NCBI GenBank assembly: GCA_001628005.1 | Contig: LUQU01000003.1 | Location: 14,890-78,889, forward strand | DNA from: SAR86 cluster bacterium REDSEA-S09_B4 | Lineage (GTDB): Bacteria > Pseudomonadota > Gammaproteobacteria > Magnimaribacterales > Magnimaribacteraceae | Direction: 5' to 3' | Length of the DNA stretch: 64,000 nt | Shown here: in pieces, positions 1 to 9,310 of the stretch | How positions within the stretch are numbered: position 1 is the stretch's first letter | How the letters are laid out: each line of letters begins with the position of its first letter | The notes under the pieces: model-generated | What the model saw: only the letters and a program-made list of their open reading frames with translations | Databases searched by the model: none | What the model was told of the DNA's origin: nothing | Translations under genes and position numbers: made by a program

Positions 1-1
1 A

Positions 2-928
2 AAGATGGTAGCACCTGTAATAATGGCCTTTGGGACTGACGAACAAAAGGAAAGGTATCTTCCAGACATTCTTTCTTCTAAGGTTTGGTGGTGTCAGGGC
101 TATTCTGAACCAGGATCTGGATCCGATTTAGCTTCGTTAAAAACCAAAGCAGAAGACAAAGGCGATCATTATCTTGTAAATGGAGCTAAAACCTGGACAA
201 CCATGGCTCAGCATGCGGATATGATTTTTTGTCTTGTAAGAACAAGCAATGAAGAGATTCGCCAAATGGGCATCTCCTTCTTATTAATAGACATGCACTC
301 TCCCGGTATTACCGTTCAGCCAATTGTTACTTTGGATAAAGCCCCTGAAGGACATCAAGAAATTAATACCGTATTTTTTGAAGATGTTAAGGTTCCTAAA
401 GAAAATTTAATTGGTGAGGAAGGAAAGGGATGGACCTATGCTAAATATTTGTTGGAATTTGAAAGAGGCAATGGTTATTCAGCTGGCCTCTATTCTTCAT
501 TAGAAAAAATAGTTGGTATGGCTAAAACACCAACTTCTGGAGGCGAACCCTTGATGGAAGATTCTAGCTTTAAAGAAAAATTAGCAGACGTTGAGGTACA
601 GATAAATGCCATGGAAGCAACCGAACTACGCATATTAGGCAGCTTGTCTGCTGGTCAGAATGTCGGACCCGAATCTTCGTTATTAAAAACTAGGGGTACA
701 GAAATTGGCCAGCTTATAACTGAGTTAGCAGTTGAGGCAGTTGACTATTATGCTATTCCCTTTAACAACCCAGGGCCTGGTATTGGTCATAACGAACCCC
801 CTATAGGGAGTGCTTTTGCTAACGCATCAGCTCCTAGATATTTTAACTACAGAAAGGCAAGCATTTATGCAGGCTCTAATGAAATTCAAAGAAATATAAT
901 GGCAAAATTAGTGTTGGGACTCACATGA
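2..928 (+). CDS. acyl-CoA dehydrogenase, middle and C-terminal part (5' end lies outside the window)
   Basis: The ORF is open to the window edge. The translation carries acyl-CoA dehydrogenase family signatures (QGYSEPGSGSDLASL, GAKTWTT, YAGSNEIQRNIMA). Confidence 0.85.
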   Translation, partial: KMVAPVIMAFGTDEQKERYLPDILSSKVWWCQGYSEPGSGSDLASLKTKAEDKGDHYLVNGAKTWTTMAQHADMIFCLVRTSNEEIRQMGISFLLIDMHSPGITVQPIVTLDKAPEGHQEINTVFFEDVKVPKENLIGEEGKGWTYAKYLLEFERGNGYSAGLYSSLEKIVGMAKTPTSGGEPLMEDSSFKEKLADVEVQINAMEATELRILGSLSAGQNVGPESSLLKTRGTEIGQLITELAVEAVDYYAIPFNNPGPGIGHNEPPIGSAFANASAPRYFNYRKASIYAGSNEIQRNIMAKLVLGLT

Positions 929-1695
929 TTATTCTTTTATCGCCAGCAAAAACTCTCGACTATGAGACTCCCTTGCCTGTTAGGGCTTTTAGTATTTCGG
1001 GACACTTGGAAAAATCAGAAGAGTTAATGGGAGAGCTAAGAAAGAAAGATCCTCAAGGTTTATCAGACCTAATGGGACTTAGTGAAAAGCTAGCCAATCT
1101 TAACTTTGAAAGGAATATGAATTGGGAGCCTCCAGTTGCTCTTTCTGAGGAGTCAAGGCAGGCAATATTTGCTTTTAAGGGAGATGTGTACACGGGGCTC
1201 TCTGCTTACAGTCTCAAGAATGCTGACATTAAATTTTTGAATAAACACGTCAGAATTCTTTCAGGTCTCTATGGAATATTAAAGCCATTGGATCTAATGT
1301 CCCCTTATAGGTTAGAAATGGGGACTAAACTTAAAAATACTAACGGGAAAGATTTGTATGAATTTTGGGGTACAGATATAACCGAATCAATTAATGAATC
1401 AATTTCTACCCATAAGAACAAAACTATATTGAACTTAGCTTCGGTTGAATATTTTTCTTCTGTAAAACAGGGTTCCTTACAAGGCAATGTAGTAAGTCCT
1501 ATTTTTAAAGATTATAAAAATGGAAAATATAAAATCATCAGTTTTTTTGCAAAAAAGGCAAGGGGACGGATGACAAGATACCTGGTAGAAAATCGAATAA
1601 ATTCTCCCGAGGGGCTGTCGGGCTTTAATTACGATGGGTACAGGTATTCTAAGTCAGAATCTACAGATCAAAACCCTGTATTTCTTAGAAAATAA
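925..1695 (+). CDS. yaaA: peroxide stress protein YaaA (UPF0246 family)
   Basis: 256-aa ORF with the typical YaaA N-terminus MIILLSPAKTLD. Its start overlaps the upstream stop (ATGA). Confidence 0.85.
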   Translation: MIILLSPAKTLDYETPLPVRAFSISGHLEKSEELMGELRKKDPQGLSDLMGLSEKLANLNFERNMNWEPPVALSEESRQAIFAFKGDVYTGLSAYSLKNADIKFLNKHVRILSGLYGILKPLDLMSPYRLEMGTKLKNTNGKDLYEFWGTDITESINESISTHKNKTILNLASVEYFSSVKQGSLQGNVVSPIFKDYKNGKYKIISFFAKKARGRMTRYLVENRINSPEGLSGFNYDGYRYSKSESTDQNPVFLRK

Positions 1696-2547
1696 CTAAG
1701 ACGTTATTTCGCCGTCTAAATATTTCCTTCTGGGCAGCATGTCCTCAAATTCTGGATCCTTTTTTTCTGCTTTGGCTTTAAAAGCAGCCGACATTTCATC
1801 GCCAATGCCCATTGCATTATTCCAAAGAGCTATGTGGTTAAGGGCCTCTTCTGTGGTGTGGTCTCGTCCATAGTTTAGAGATTCTTTAGTGCCTGCTATA
1901 GCAAGGGGTCCCTTAGAAGCAATTTCTTTAGCTACATTCATAACCTCCGCCATCATCTCTTCTTTGGTATCAAATATTTGATTAACCAGTCCATGTTTTA
2001 AAGCCTCTTCTGGTAAGAACCTTCTGCCAGTGTAGGCTAATTCTCTGACAATGCCCTCAGGCACAAGTCTCGGTATTCTTTGGAGGGTTCCTACGTCTGC
2101 AGCCATTCCTATATTTATCTCTTGAATGCAAAAGAAAGCATCTTTTGTGCAATAACGGAGATCAGTAGCGGTTGCCATATCAACTCCGCCTCCAATGCAA
2201 GCACCCTGAATGGCTGAGATTACAGGCATTCTAGCCTTTTCTAAGCAAGAGATAGTATGCTGTAAGTCTAAAGTTACCCTATAAGCCGATTCACTTCTCA
2301 TTCCACTATGAGCGTTAGGTTGAGAGTCTGAAGGTGTAAAATTAGCTAAGTCCATGCCAGCACAAAAATGTTTTCCTTCTCCCGATAAAACAATCACCCT
2401 TGCAGAAGCATTGTCTGAAAGATCTTCTATCAAATGAGGTAATTCAGACCAAAATGCCTTATTCATCGAATTGAACTCGTCAGGCCTGATCATTTTAATA
2501 TGTGCGATTTTGTCTTTAATTTCACATTCAAAGCAGCTGTAATTCAT
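1696..2547 (-). CDS. enoyl-CoA hydratase/isomerase (crotonase) family protein, dienoyl-CoA isomerase-like
   Basis: 283 aa with crotonase-fold motifs (VIVLSGEGKHFCAGMDL, ACIGGGVDMATA). A good AGGAGA ribosome-binding site lies upstream. Confidence 0.8.
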   Translation of the reverse strand: MNYSCFECEIKDKIAHIKMIRPDEFNSMNKAFWSELPHLIEDLSDNASARVIVLSGEGKHFCAGMDLANFTPSDSQPNAHSGMRSESAYRVTLDLQHTISCLEKARMPVISAIQGACIGGGVDMATATDLRYCTKDAFFCIQEINIGMAADVGTLQRIPRLVPEGIVRELAYTGRRFLPEEALKHGLVNQIFDTKEEMMAEVMNVAKEIASKGPLAIAGTKESLNYGRDHTTEEALNHIALWNNAMGIGDEMSAAFKAKAEKKDPEFEDMLPRRKYLDGEITS

Positions 2548-2557
2548 TAGATTCTCC

Positions 2558-2737
2558 TTATGATTCGTTGGTTTCTTGCTTTAAGTCATTAAGCATTTCT
2601 TCAATTCTTGCTTCAAGCTCATCAGTCAATTCAAAAGTTTTGCGATGAGAAAGTACGGTTTTTCTGTTCCTTCCAAGCAGCTTAAGTCCTTTTTTTAGAA
2701 CTTCTGCGCTCTCTATTAATTTTTGTTTATTATTCAT
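2558..2737 (-). CDS. small hypothetical protein (59 aa), not in the ORF track
   Basis: Hand translation gives MNNKQKLIESAEVLKKGLKLLGRNRKTVLSHRKTFELTDELEARIEEMLNDLKQETNES. The TAA stop lies 10 nt before the crotonase ATG on the same strand. There is no clear Shine-Dalgarno sequence and I recognise no family. Confidence 0.3.
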   Translation of the reverse strand: MNNKQKLIESAEVLKKGLKLLGRNRKTVLSHRKTFELTDELEARIEEMLNDLKQETNES

Positions 2738-2805
2738 ATCACTTTTATAGCAAGGATTTGTCAGTTATTGTAAAAGAAAAAGAACAGCTAACAAATTAAA
2801 GATAG

Positions 2806-3618
2806 ATGTTTATGGACAAAGAAAATTTACTAGAACTATCAGATAAAGTCTCTGAGATAGCCTTAAGGGCCTCTCAGGCCATTATGGATATCTACACAAG
2901 AAAAGAGATTGCTTCTGAAAAAAAGGGAGATGGATCGCCTCTAACAGAAGCCGATCTTATATCTCATAAAATTTTAGTAGAAGGACTAGAGAGCTTAGAC
3001 GTAAATTTTTCAGTACTGTCAGAAGAAGGCAGGTCAAAGCATAAACTGGATGATGAGACTTTTTGGTTAATAGACCCTTTAGACGGAACAAAAGAGTTCT
3101 TAAATAAGAACGGTGACTTCACAGTAAATATAGCTTTAATAGAGAAGGGCTCCCCTTTGATGGGCATAGTAAGTGCCCCAGCAAAGGGAGAATTATTTAA
3201 GGGTGTCTTGGGTGTTGGAGCTTATAAAGCTGATAATGGGGTTCAAGCTGAAATAAAAACTAAAACATTAAACAAAGAGCTTGTAACTGTCACTGTGAGC
3301 AGGAGTCACCAAACCGAAAAAGATAAACAGGTCCTTAAGAGCATAAGTAAAAATTTTAACGAAATAGAAATAATTGAAGCAGGAAGTTCATTGAAACTCT
3401 GTAGGGTTGCAGAAGGGCTTGCGGACATATATTGCCGAATGGGGCCTACTTATCAATGGGACATAGCAGCAGGTCAGGCCGTAGCAGAGGCTGCTGGAGG
3501 AACTTTAAAGACACTAGAAGGGGATGATTTTTTCTATACTTTTGACTCAGAAAAGAAGAACCCTGAATTCTATTGTGTTGGAGACTCAAGCTTCGCCTGG
3601 AAAACCCTTTTTTCTTAG
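2806..3618 (+). CDS. cysQ: 3'(2'),5'-bisphosphate nucleotidase CysQ (inositol monophosphatase family)
   Basis: 270 aa with IMPase-family metal-binding motifs (LSEE, WLIDPLDGTKEF, WDIAAG). Confidence 0.8.
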   Translation: MFMDKENLLELSDKVSEIALRASQAIMDIYTRKEIASEKKGDGSPLTEADLISHKILVEGLESLDVNFSVLSEEGRSKHKLDDETFWLIDPLDGTKEFLNKNGDFTVNIALIEKGSPLMGIVSAPAKGELFKGVLGVGAYKADNGVQAEIKTKTLNKELVTVTVSRSHQTEKDKQVLKSISKNFNEIEIIEAGSSLKLCRVAEGLADIYCRMGPTYQWDIAAGQAVAEAAGGTLKTLEGDDFFYTFDSEKKNPEFYCVGDSSFAWKTLFS

Positions 3619-3673
3619 AGAATTAGCTTAATTTGGATAATTTATTGTTAAAAATGTAGAATTCCGCCAAGAA

Positions 3674-4564
3674 ATGGCAAAAAAACCAAAAAAAGAACAA
3701 AGTAAGCCAGGTACTTCGCTGCAGGAGATGGATATAGCATCGCCTGGAGGAAATATTGAATCTTATCTAAATTCTATTCACAACATCGGAATTCTTTCTC
3801 CCGAACAGGAAAGGAAGTTAGCTGAAGATCTCTATTACAACGATGATCTGGATGCAGCAAGAAAATTAGTAATGGCTCACCTTAGATTCGTTGTTCACAT
3901 AGCTAAGACCTATTCAGGTTATGGACTTTCCGAAGCAGACCTTATACAAGAAGGAAATATAGGGTTAATGAAGGCAGTAAGAAGATTTAATCCCGAAGTT
4001 GGGGTAAGGCTTATTTCTTTTGCGGTGCATTGGATTAAAGCGGAGATACACGAGTACGTTTTAAGGAATTGGAAGATTGTCAAAATCGCTACTACTAAAG
4101 CACAAAGAAAGCTTTTCTTTAATTTAAGAAGTAAGAAAAAGAATTTAGGCTGGTTAACAGAAGATGAAATTAAATCGATTTCTGAAGACTTGGGAGTTAA
4201 GCCCGCAGAAGTCAGAGAGATGGAAAAACGCCTTAGTGGACTTGATATGTCATTTGACCCCCTTGAAGGCGATGAAAGCGACGATGCTAATTATGCCCCG
4301 GCTCAATATTTGGAAGACTCTTCTGCCAATCCTTCAGAGATAATTGAGAAAGAAGACGACTCAGCTTTGAACACAACACAGTTATATGAGGCCTTGAAGC
4401 AATTAGATGATAGAAGCCGAGACATAATTTATGACAGGTGGCTTTCAGACGAGAAACTAACCCTACATGAATTAGCAGACAAGTATGGAATCTCTGCTGA
4501 AAGAGTTAGACAGATAGAACAAAATGCCATGAAGAAGGTCAAACAGAATTTTCCTTTGGATTAA
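3674..4564 (+). CDS. rpoH: RNA polymerase sigma-32 factor RpoH
   Basis: 296 aa with sigma-70 regions 2-4 ([17 protein letters not shown]) and an RpoH-box-like segment ([14 protein letters not shown]). Confidence 0.93.
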   Translation: MAKKPKKEQSKPGTSLQEMDIASPGGNIESYLNSIHNIGILSPEQERKLAEDLYYNDDLDAARKLVMAHLRFVVHIAKTYSGYGLSEADLIQEGNIGLMKAVRRFNPEVGVRLISFAVHWIKAEIHEYVLRNWKIVKIATTKAQRKLFFNLRSKKKNLGWLTEDEIKSISEDLGVKPAEVREMEKRLSGLDMSFDPLEGDESDDANYAPAQYLEDSSANPSEIIEKEDDSALNTTQLYEALKQLDDRSRDIIYDRWLSDEKLTLHELADKYGISAERVRQIEQNAMKKVKQNFPLD

Positions 4565-4591
4565 TTTTTAGCTAAAGCTAAAATCCCCTAC

Positions 4592-4792
4592 ATGTTGTTA
4601 AAGGTTAACGGCGACTCAGTCGAGATTGATGATGGGTCTAACATGGGTGAGCTATTAGATATGCTAGAAATACCCAAAACCAAGGTAGCGGTTGAGCTCA
4701 ATGGAGCTGTCATACCTAATTCTGAACTTCTAGGTAAAGTTCTAAAGGACAAGGACATCTTAGAGATAGTTAGGGCGATAGGCGGAGGATGA
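4592..4792 (+). CDS. thiS: sulfur carrier protein ThiS
   Basis: 66-aa ubiquitin-like ORF ending in GGG, immediately upstream of thiG. Confidence 0.85.
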   Translation: MLLKVNGDSVEIDDGSNMGELLDMLEIPKTKVAVELNGAVIPNSELLGKVLKDKDILEIVRAIGGG

Positions 4793-4798
4793 AACCAA

Positions 4799-5578
4799 TT
4801 GAATGATTTATTAACCATAGCGGGTCGGACTTATAAATCCAGGCTCTTAGTTGGAACGGGTAAATATAAAGATTTTGATGAAACCCGTACCTCAATAGAA
4901 GCCTCAGGAGCAGAGATTGTGACTGTTGCTATAAGAAGGACAAATATAGGCCAAGATTCTTCAGAACCAAATATTTTAGATTTTCTTTCACCAGATAAAT
5001 TCACTATTTTGCCAAATACAGCAGGATGCTATACAGCCGAGGAAGCAATCAGAACATGTAAATTGGCAAGAGAATTACTGGGCGGAACTAATTTAGTTAA
5101 ATTAGAAGTTTTAGGAGATAAAGAAACTTTATATCCAAATATGCCTGAAACACTAAAGGCTGCTAAAGAACTCGTTAAAGACGGATTTGAAGTTATGGTT
5201 TATTGTTCTGATGACCCTTTGCTGGCAAAAGAGTTAGAAGGATTGGGTTGTGTTTCAGTTATGCCCCTTGCTTCTCCTATAGGTTCGGGTCTAGGTATTC
5301 AAAACCCGCATAATATAGAAATGATTCTTTCAAAAGCAGAAGTGCCAATAATTGTTGATGCGGGAGTGGGCACAGCATCGGATGCATCTATTGCCATGGA
5401 ACTAGGTTGCGCTGGAGTTTTGATGAATACAGCAATAGCTAAAGCACAAAAACCGGTTCTGATGGCACAAGCAATGAAAAAAGCAATTGAATCAGGCAGA
5501 CAGGCTTATTTGGCAGGCAGAATGGAAAAAAAGAGTTATGCTTCGGCTTCATCGCCCACGAAAGGCTTAATAGAGTAG
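4799..5578 (+). CDS. thiG: thiazole synthase ThiG
   Basis: 259 aa with ThiG motifs ([32 protein letters not shown]). It uses a TTG start two codons after the thiS stop, in the same frame. Confidence 0.93.
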   Translation: MNDLLTIAGRTYKSRLLVGTGKYKDFDETRTSIEASGAEIVTVAIRRTNIGQDSSEPNILDFLSPDKFTILPNTAGCYTAEEAIRTCKLARELLGGTNLVKLEVLGDKETLYPNMPETLKAAKELVKDGFEVMVYCSDDPLLAKELEGLGCVSVMPLASPIGSGLGIQNPHNIEMILSKAEVPIIVDAGVGTASDASIAMELGCAGVLMNTAIAKAQKPVLMAQAMKKAIESGRQAYLAGRMEKKSYASASSPTKGLIE

Positions 5579-5585
5579 ATTCTTC

Positions 5586-6287
5586 ATGAATTCACCATCA
5601 ATCCAGGCAAAAAAGCATACTAAGAAGAGCTTCGTTCTAAGAAGGGGAAGAGTAACGGCAGCACAAAGAAGGGCACTTAATTCTTTAAAAAATGAATATA
5701 CCATCAAGCTTGGTAAGGGCATGTTAAACCTAGCAGGAGCATTTCTGGACCCCGACAGAAAGCTTATAGCAGATGTTGGTTTTGGGTCGGGCGAAAGTCT
5801 GCTGTCAATGGCCAATAAATACTCAGAAGCGAACTTTGTGGGTATTGAGGTTTATTCTTCAGGGATTGGTTCGGCCCTAAACCAAATTCACGAAAACAAC
5901 TTAACCAACTTAAAAATAATAGAGGCTGATGTTTTTCAATTACTGGAAACAAACATAGCAGATGATACCTTTGATGGTATTGTTTTTCTTTACCCGGACC
6001 CATGGCCTAAAAGAAAACATCATAAAAGAAGGCTGTTATCAGAGCGTTTCTTAAATCTTCTCTACGACAAAACAACAAAAAATGGTTTAGTTTTCTGCAA
6101 GACTGATTGGGAAAACTACTATTATCAAATTAAAGAAGGGTTTTCTGCCGACGAAAGATGGGCAAGTGAAGATTTAACTAATTTGCCCGAATATTTACAC
6201 TCTTTACCTAAGACAAAATATGAGAGAAAGGCTTTGATTGAGGGAAGGCAGCCAAGAGAATTGTTTTTCCGTAAGGCCTCAAGATAG
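5586..6287 (+). CDS. trmB: tRNA (guanine46-N7)-methyltransferase TrmB
   Basis: 233 aa with a SAM-binding DVGFGSGESL motif and the TrmB-typical YPDPWPKRKHHKRR. Confidence 0.88.
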   Translation: MNSPSIQAKKHTKKSFVLRRGRVTAAQRRALNSLKNEYTIKLGKGMLNLAGAFLDPDRKLIADVGFGSGESLLSMANKYSEANFVGIEVYSSGIGSALNQIHENNLTNLKIIEADVFQLLETNIADDTFDGIVFLYPDPWPKRKHHKRRLLSERFLNLLYDKTTKNGLVFCKTDWENYYYQIKEGFSADERWASEDLTNLPEYLHSLPKTKYERKALIEGRQPRELFFRKASR

Positions 6288-6854
6288 TTTTTTTAGGAGA
6301 GAGTTGAAGGCATTCGCACGATGACTTATTAGATTCTTTTCTTTCTGATCCATTTCAGCCATATGTAACAAAGACCCTTCTGGAATAAAAATAGGGTCAT
6401 AACCAAACCCCTTATCTCCTTTTTTTCCTTCAGCTATTTTTCCTTCAATAACTCCCTCTGTGCTAATCAGATTATTTACATTTTCCTGTATCAAAACCAA
6501 ACAACATTTAAATCTTGCAGACCTATCCTTACAAGAGACCTCGCTTAACTCGTTAAGTAATTTATCCATATTGGATTTGTCTGTTGCTTCTTTTGAGAAT
6601 CTTGAAGAATGAACACCAGGTTTACCATTTAGGGCATCAACTTCCAAACCCGAGTCATCTCCTAGGCAGGTTCTTCCGGTCAAAGAAAAAACAAAATTTG
6701 CCTTGATTGAGGCATTTTCAAAAAAAGTACCTCCTGTTTCTTCTGGGAAAGTTGGATTGCTTGGAACTGGAATAAAATTTAATTCTGTGCCCCTGGCCAG
6801 TTCATTAAACTCTTTTATTTTCCCACTATTTTGTGTAGCTAAAATAATTTCCAT
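6279..6854 (-). CDS. rdgB: non-canonical purine NTP pyrophosphatase RdgB (Ham1 family)
   Basis: 191 aa with an ILATQNSGKIKEF N-terminus and the FGYDPIF motif. Confidence 0.88.
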   Translation of the reverse strand: MEIILATQNSGKIKEFNELARGTELNFIPVPSNPTFPEETGGTFFENASIKANFVFSLTGRTCLGDDSGLEVDALNGKPGVHSSRFSKEATDKSNMDKLLNELSEVSCKDRSARFKCCLVLIQENVNNLISTEGVIEGKIAEGKKGDKGFGYDPIFIPEGSLLHMAEMDQKEKNLISHRANAFNSLLKKLS

Positions 6855-6856
6855 TT

Positions 6857-7444
6857 TTATCTAGAAAGTCTATATATGACAGCACTACTCAATAAATTGG
6901 ACCAACCGGAAGATATGCTGCTAACTTTGCCTTCAGCATTAAGAATTTTCTTCTCTTCAACAACAATATTTAACTCTGAACATAAATTTTCAAAATCAGC
7001 CACTGTACAGAGGTGAATGTTATCTGTTTCATACCATTTTTCAGGTAGAGCTTCGGTTACTGGCATCTTACCTCCTAAAAAAACCGTTAATCTAGATTTC
7101 CAATGTCCAAAGTTAGGAATGACTATTATTGATTGATGTCCAATTCTAGTAATTTCATCCAGAGCTTCTTTAGGATTCTTTAGTACCTGTATGGTTTGGC
7201 TAACTAAGACTGTATCAAAGCTTTTGTCTTGAAAGTTTGTAAGCCCTTCATCAATGTTTTGTTCAATTACTTCGAGTCCTTTCTCTAAGCAAGCTTGAAT
7301 ATTATTTTTATCAATCTCAACACCATAGCCGTCTACAGATTTGTTTAGTTTTAAGCCCTCTAGAATAGATCCATCCCCACACCCTAAATCTAAAATTCTT
7401 GAGCCAGAACTAACCCAATTTTCAATTACTTCTGAGGTTTTCAT
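6857..7444 (-). CDS. metW: methionine biosynthesis protein MetW
   Basis: 195 aa with LDLGCGDG and MetW-like overall sequence. It overlaps the metX stop by 4 nt, the classic metXW pairing. Confidence 0.88.
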   Translation of the reverse strand: MKTSEVIENWVSSGSRILDLGCGDGSILEGLKLNKSVDGYGVEIDKNNIQACLEKGLEVIEQNIDEGLTNFQDKSFDTVLVSQTIQVLKNPKEALDEITRIGHQSIIVIPNFGHWKSRLTVFLGGKMPVTEALPEKWYETDNIHLCTVADFENLCSELNIVVEEKKILNAEGKVSSISSGWSNLLSSAVIYRLSR

Positions 7445-8565
7445 GACGGACTCCCCAGAAAAGCCTTAAGCACTTTCACGTATCTTTCTTCAGGAAATAG
7501 AAAAGAGTCATGACCTAATGAAGACTCAATTTCTATGTGACTCACCTTCTTTTTTGCTCCAATAAGGGCATCAGTTATTTCTTTTGATCTTGACGGAGAA
7601 AACCTCCAGTCTGAAGAAAATGAAAGCACGAGAACTTGTGCAAGTATAGGTTCAAATGCTTTCATCAAATCCCCATTAAATTCATCTGCCGGATCAAAGT
7701 AATCCAACACTTTTGTCATTAAAAGATAGGTGTTTGCGTCGAACGTGTTGGAGAAAACATCACCTTGGTGTCTCAAGTAGCTTTCAACTTGGAATTCAGC
7801 ATCAAAACCGAAACCTAATTTTTCTTCCTTAAGCTCTCTTCCAAATTTACTTTTCATTGATTCATCTGAGAGATAAGTAATATGGCCAACCATTCGAGCT
7901 AACCTTAAACCACTTTTTGGCGAAGTGTTTTCTAAAAGATAGTTTCCTTCTTGAAAATCAGGGTCAGAAGTGATCGCCTGTCTGGCTACTTCATTAAAAG
8001 CAATATTTTGAGCACTTAATTTAGGAGCAGCTGCAATAACGCCAGCTTTCTTTATTCTCTCGGGGTATGCAATGCTCCAATCCAGTGCCTGCATTCCCCC
8101 AAGACTACCCCCGATCACTGCATGCCAAGCCTTGATATTTAAGTGATCCGCTAACACTGCTTGACTGTTGGTCCAATCCCTAACCGTTAAAACAGGAAAA
8201 TTAGGACCAAAGACTTTATTAGTATCAGGATTTATTGATTTTGGACCAGTAGTCCCGTGACAACCCCCTAAGTTATTTGGAGAAACTACGAAATATTTAT
8301 TGGTATCTATTGCTTTATTTGGACCTATTAATGCGTCCCACCAACCAGCTCTTTTTTCTGAATCTTTATGATAGCCTGCAGCATGATGATTTCCACTCAG
8401 CGCATGACAAATTAAGACTGCATTTGAATTTTCATTATTTAGTTTTCCATAAGTTTCATATACTAGGTCAAAGCCTTTAAGCTCTTTACCGCACCCTAAA
8501 AGCAAAGGATCTTTAAAACTAGCTGAACTAGGTTCAACTATCCCTACTGAGTCTTTATTATTCAT
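7441..8565 (-). CDS. metX: homoserine O-acyltransferase MetX (acetyl versus succinyl donor not decidable by eye)
   Basis: 374-aa alpha/beta hydrolase with a [10 protein letters not shown] nucleophile elbow and the MetX-typical N-terminus (VYETYGKLN). Confidence 0.9.
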   Translation of the reverse strand: MNNKDSVGIVEPSSASFKDPLLLGCGKELKGFDLVYETYGKLNNENSNAVLICHALSGNHHAAGYHKDSEKRAGWWDALIGPNKAIDTNKYFVVSPNNLGGCHGTTGPKSINPDTNKVFGPNFPVLTVRDWTNSQAVLADHLNIKAWHAVIGGSLGGMQALDWSIAYPERIKKAGVIAAAPKLSAQNIAFNEVARQAITSDPDFQEGNYLLENTSPKSGLRLARMVGHITYLSDESMKSKFGRELKEEKLGFGFDAEFQVESYLRHQGDVFSNTFDANTYLLMTKVLDYFDPADEFNGDLMKAFEPILAQVLVLSFSSDWRFSPSRSKEITDALIGAKKKVSHIEIESSLGHDSFLFPEERYVKVLKAFLGSPS

Positions 8566-8568
8566 TTC

Positions 8569-8604
8569 AAAAAAAAACCTGCCAGCAAATGCTAAACAGG
8601 TTTA
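8569..8604 (-). terminator. intrinsic terminator/attenuator hairpin directly in front of the metX start codon
   Basis: In RNA sense the sequence is AACCUG-UUU-AGCA-UU-UGCU-GG-CAGGUU followed by U9. Only 3 nt (GAA) separate the U run from the ATG at 8565. Confidence 0.55.
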
Positions 8605-8611
8605 ATTTATA

Positions 8612-8668
8612 ACCCTCTTTAGCCGCATTTATTTAGCACCCGCAAGCTGGATCAAATCGGTGCAAGCA
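8612..8668 (-). promoter_or_regulatory. candidate riboswitch-like aptamer in the metX leader (H-type pseudoknot potential; class not assignable by eye)
   Basis: The RNA-sense sequence is GCACC-GAUUUGAUCCAGCUUGCG-GGUGC-UAAAUAAAUGC-GGCU-AAAGAG. There is a 5-bp P1 (GCACC/GGUGC). The loop AGCU can pair with the downstream GGCU. The element lies between yggT and the attenuator hairpin. Confidence 0.3.
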
Positions 8669-8732
8669 CAATTCTAAGTCATATTTTCAAGAATTCAAAA
8701 TTTAAGCTAGTCAGCCAATCAAACCGATGTAC

Positions 8733-9308
8733 TTAACCACCCATACTAAGGTGGATCGGTAAACCAGCTTCAATCGAAAGACCAAAAACAGCAGCCCAGA
8801 GAAAATTAAGAAGTATAAAAGCAAGAATAGGAGAAAAATCTAACCCCCCAACCGGCGGCAAAATTGACCTAAATGGTTTACAGATTTGGTCTGACATCTG
8901 CTGTAGGAGTATAAAAGCAGGGTGTGGATTACCACGAGCTACCCAACTGATAACAATGCCTGCAATTAGTCCCCACCAGACAATAGTTAATATCATCAGT
9001 AAAACTGAGAATAGAGACCAAGAAATCATGATGCCAAAACTAAATAAAATAGCATCATCTAAAGAGATCAGGTAAAAGCAAAGAGCCTGGATGGCGACTG
9101 CCGTTATAAGACTAGCTATATCTATCCCAAAAAAAGGCCTGAATATGGATCTTATTAGGGAAGTAAAAATATCTGCAAATTTCAACATTCCCTGTACCAA
9201 GGGGTTGTAGTAATCAACCTTTAAGAGTCGAAATAAAAAAGTTATAAGAATTACTAAAGAAATTACATCTAAAATGGCTTTAAATAAGTATATGGTTGCT
9301 TCAGTCAA
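8733..9308 (-). CDS. yggT: YggT family membrane protein
   Basis: 191-aa polytopic membrane ORF in the conserved yggS-proC-yggT arrangement. Confidence 0.8.
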   Translation of the reverse strand: MTEATIYLFKAILDVISLVILITFLFRLLKVDYYNPLVQGMLKFADIFTSLIRSIFRPFFGIDIASLITAVAIQALCFYLISLDDAILFSFGIMISWSLFSVLLMILTIVWWGLIAGIVISWVARGNPHPAFILLQQMSDQICKPFRSILPPVGGLDFSPILAFILLNFLWAAVFGLSIEAGLPIHLSMGG

Positions 9309-9310
9309 TT

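Noticed and set aside
4565-4591. TPP riboswitch in front of thiS-thiG
   Set aside because: Only 27 nt separate the rpoH stop from the thiS start, which leaves no room for an aptamer of about 100 nt.
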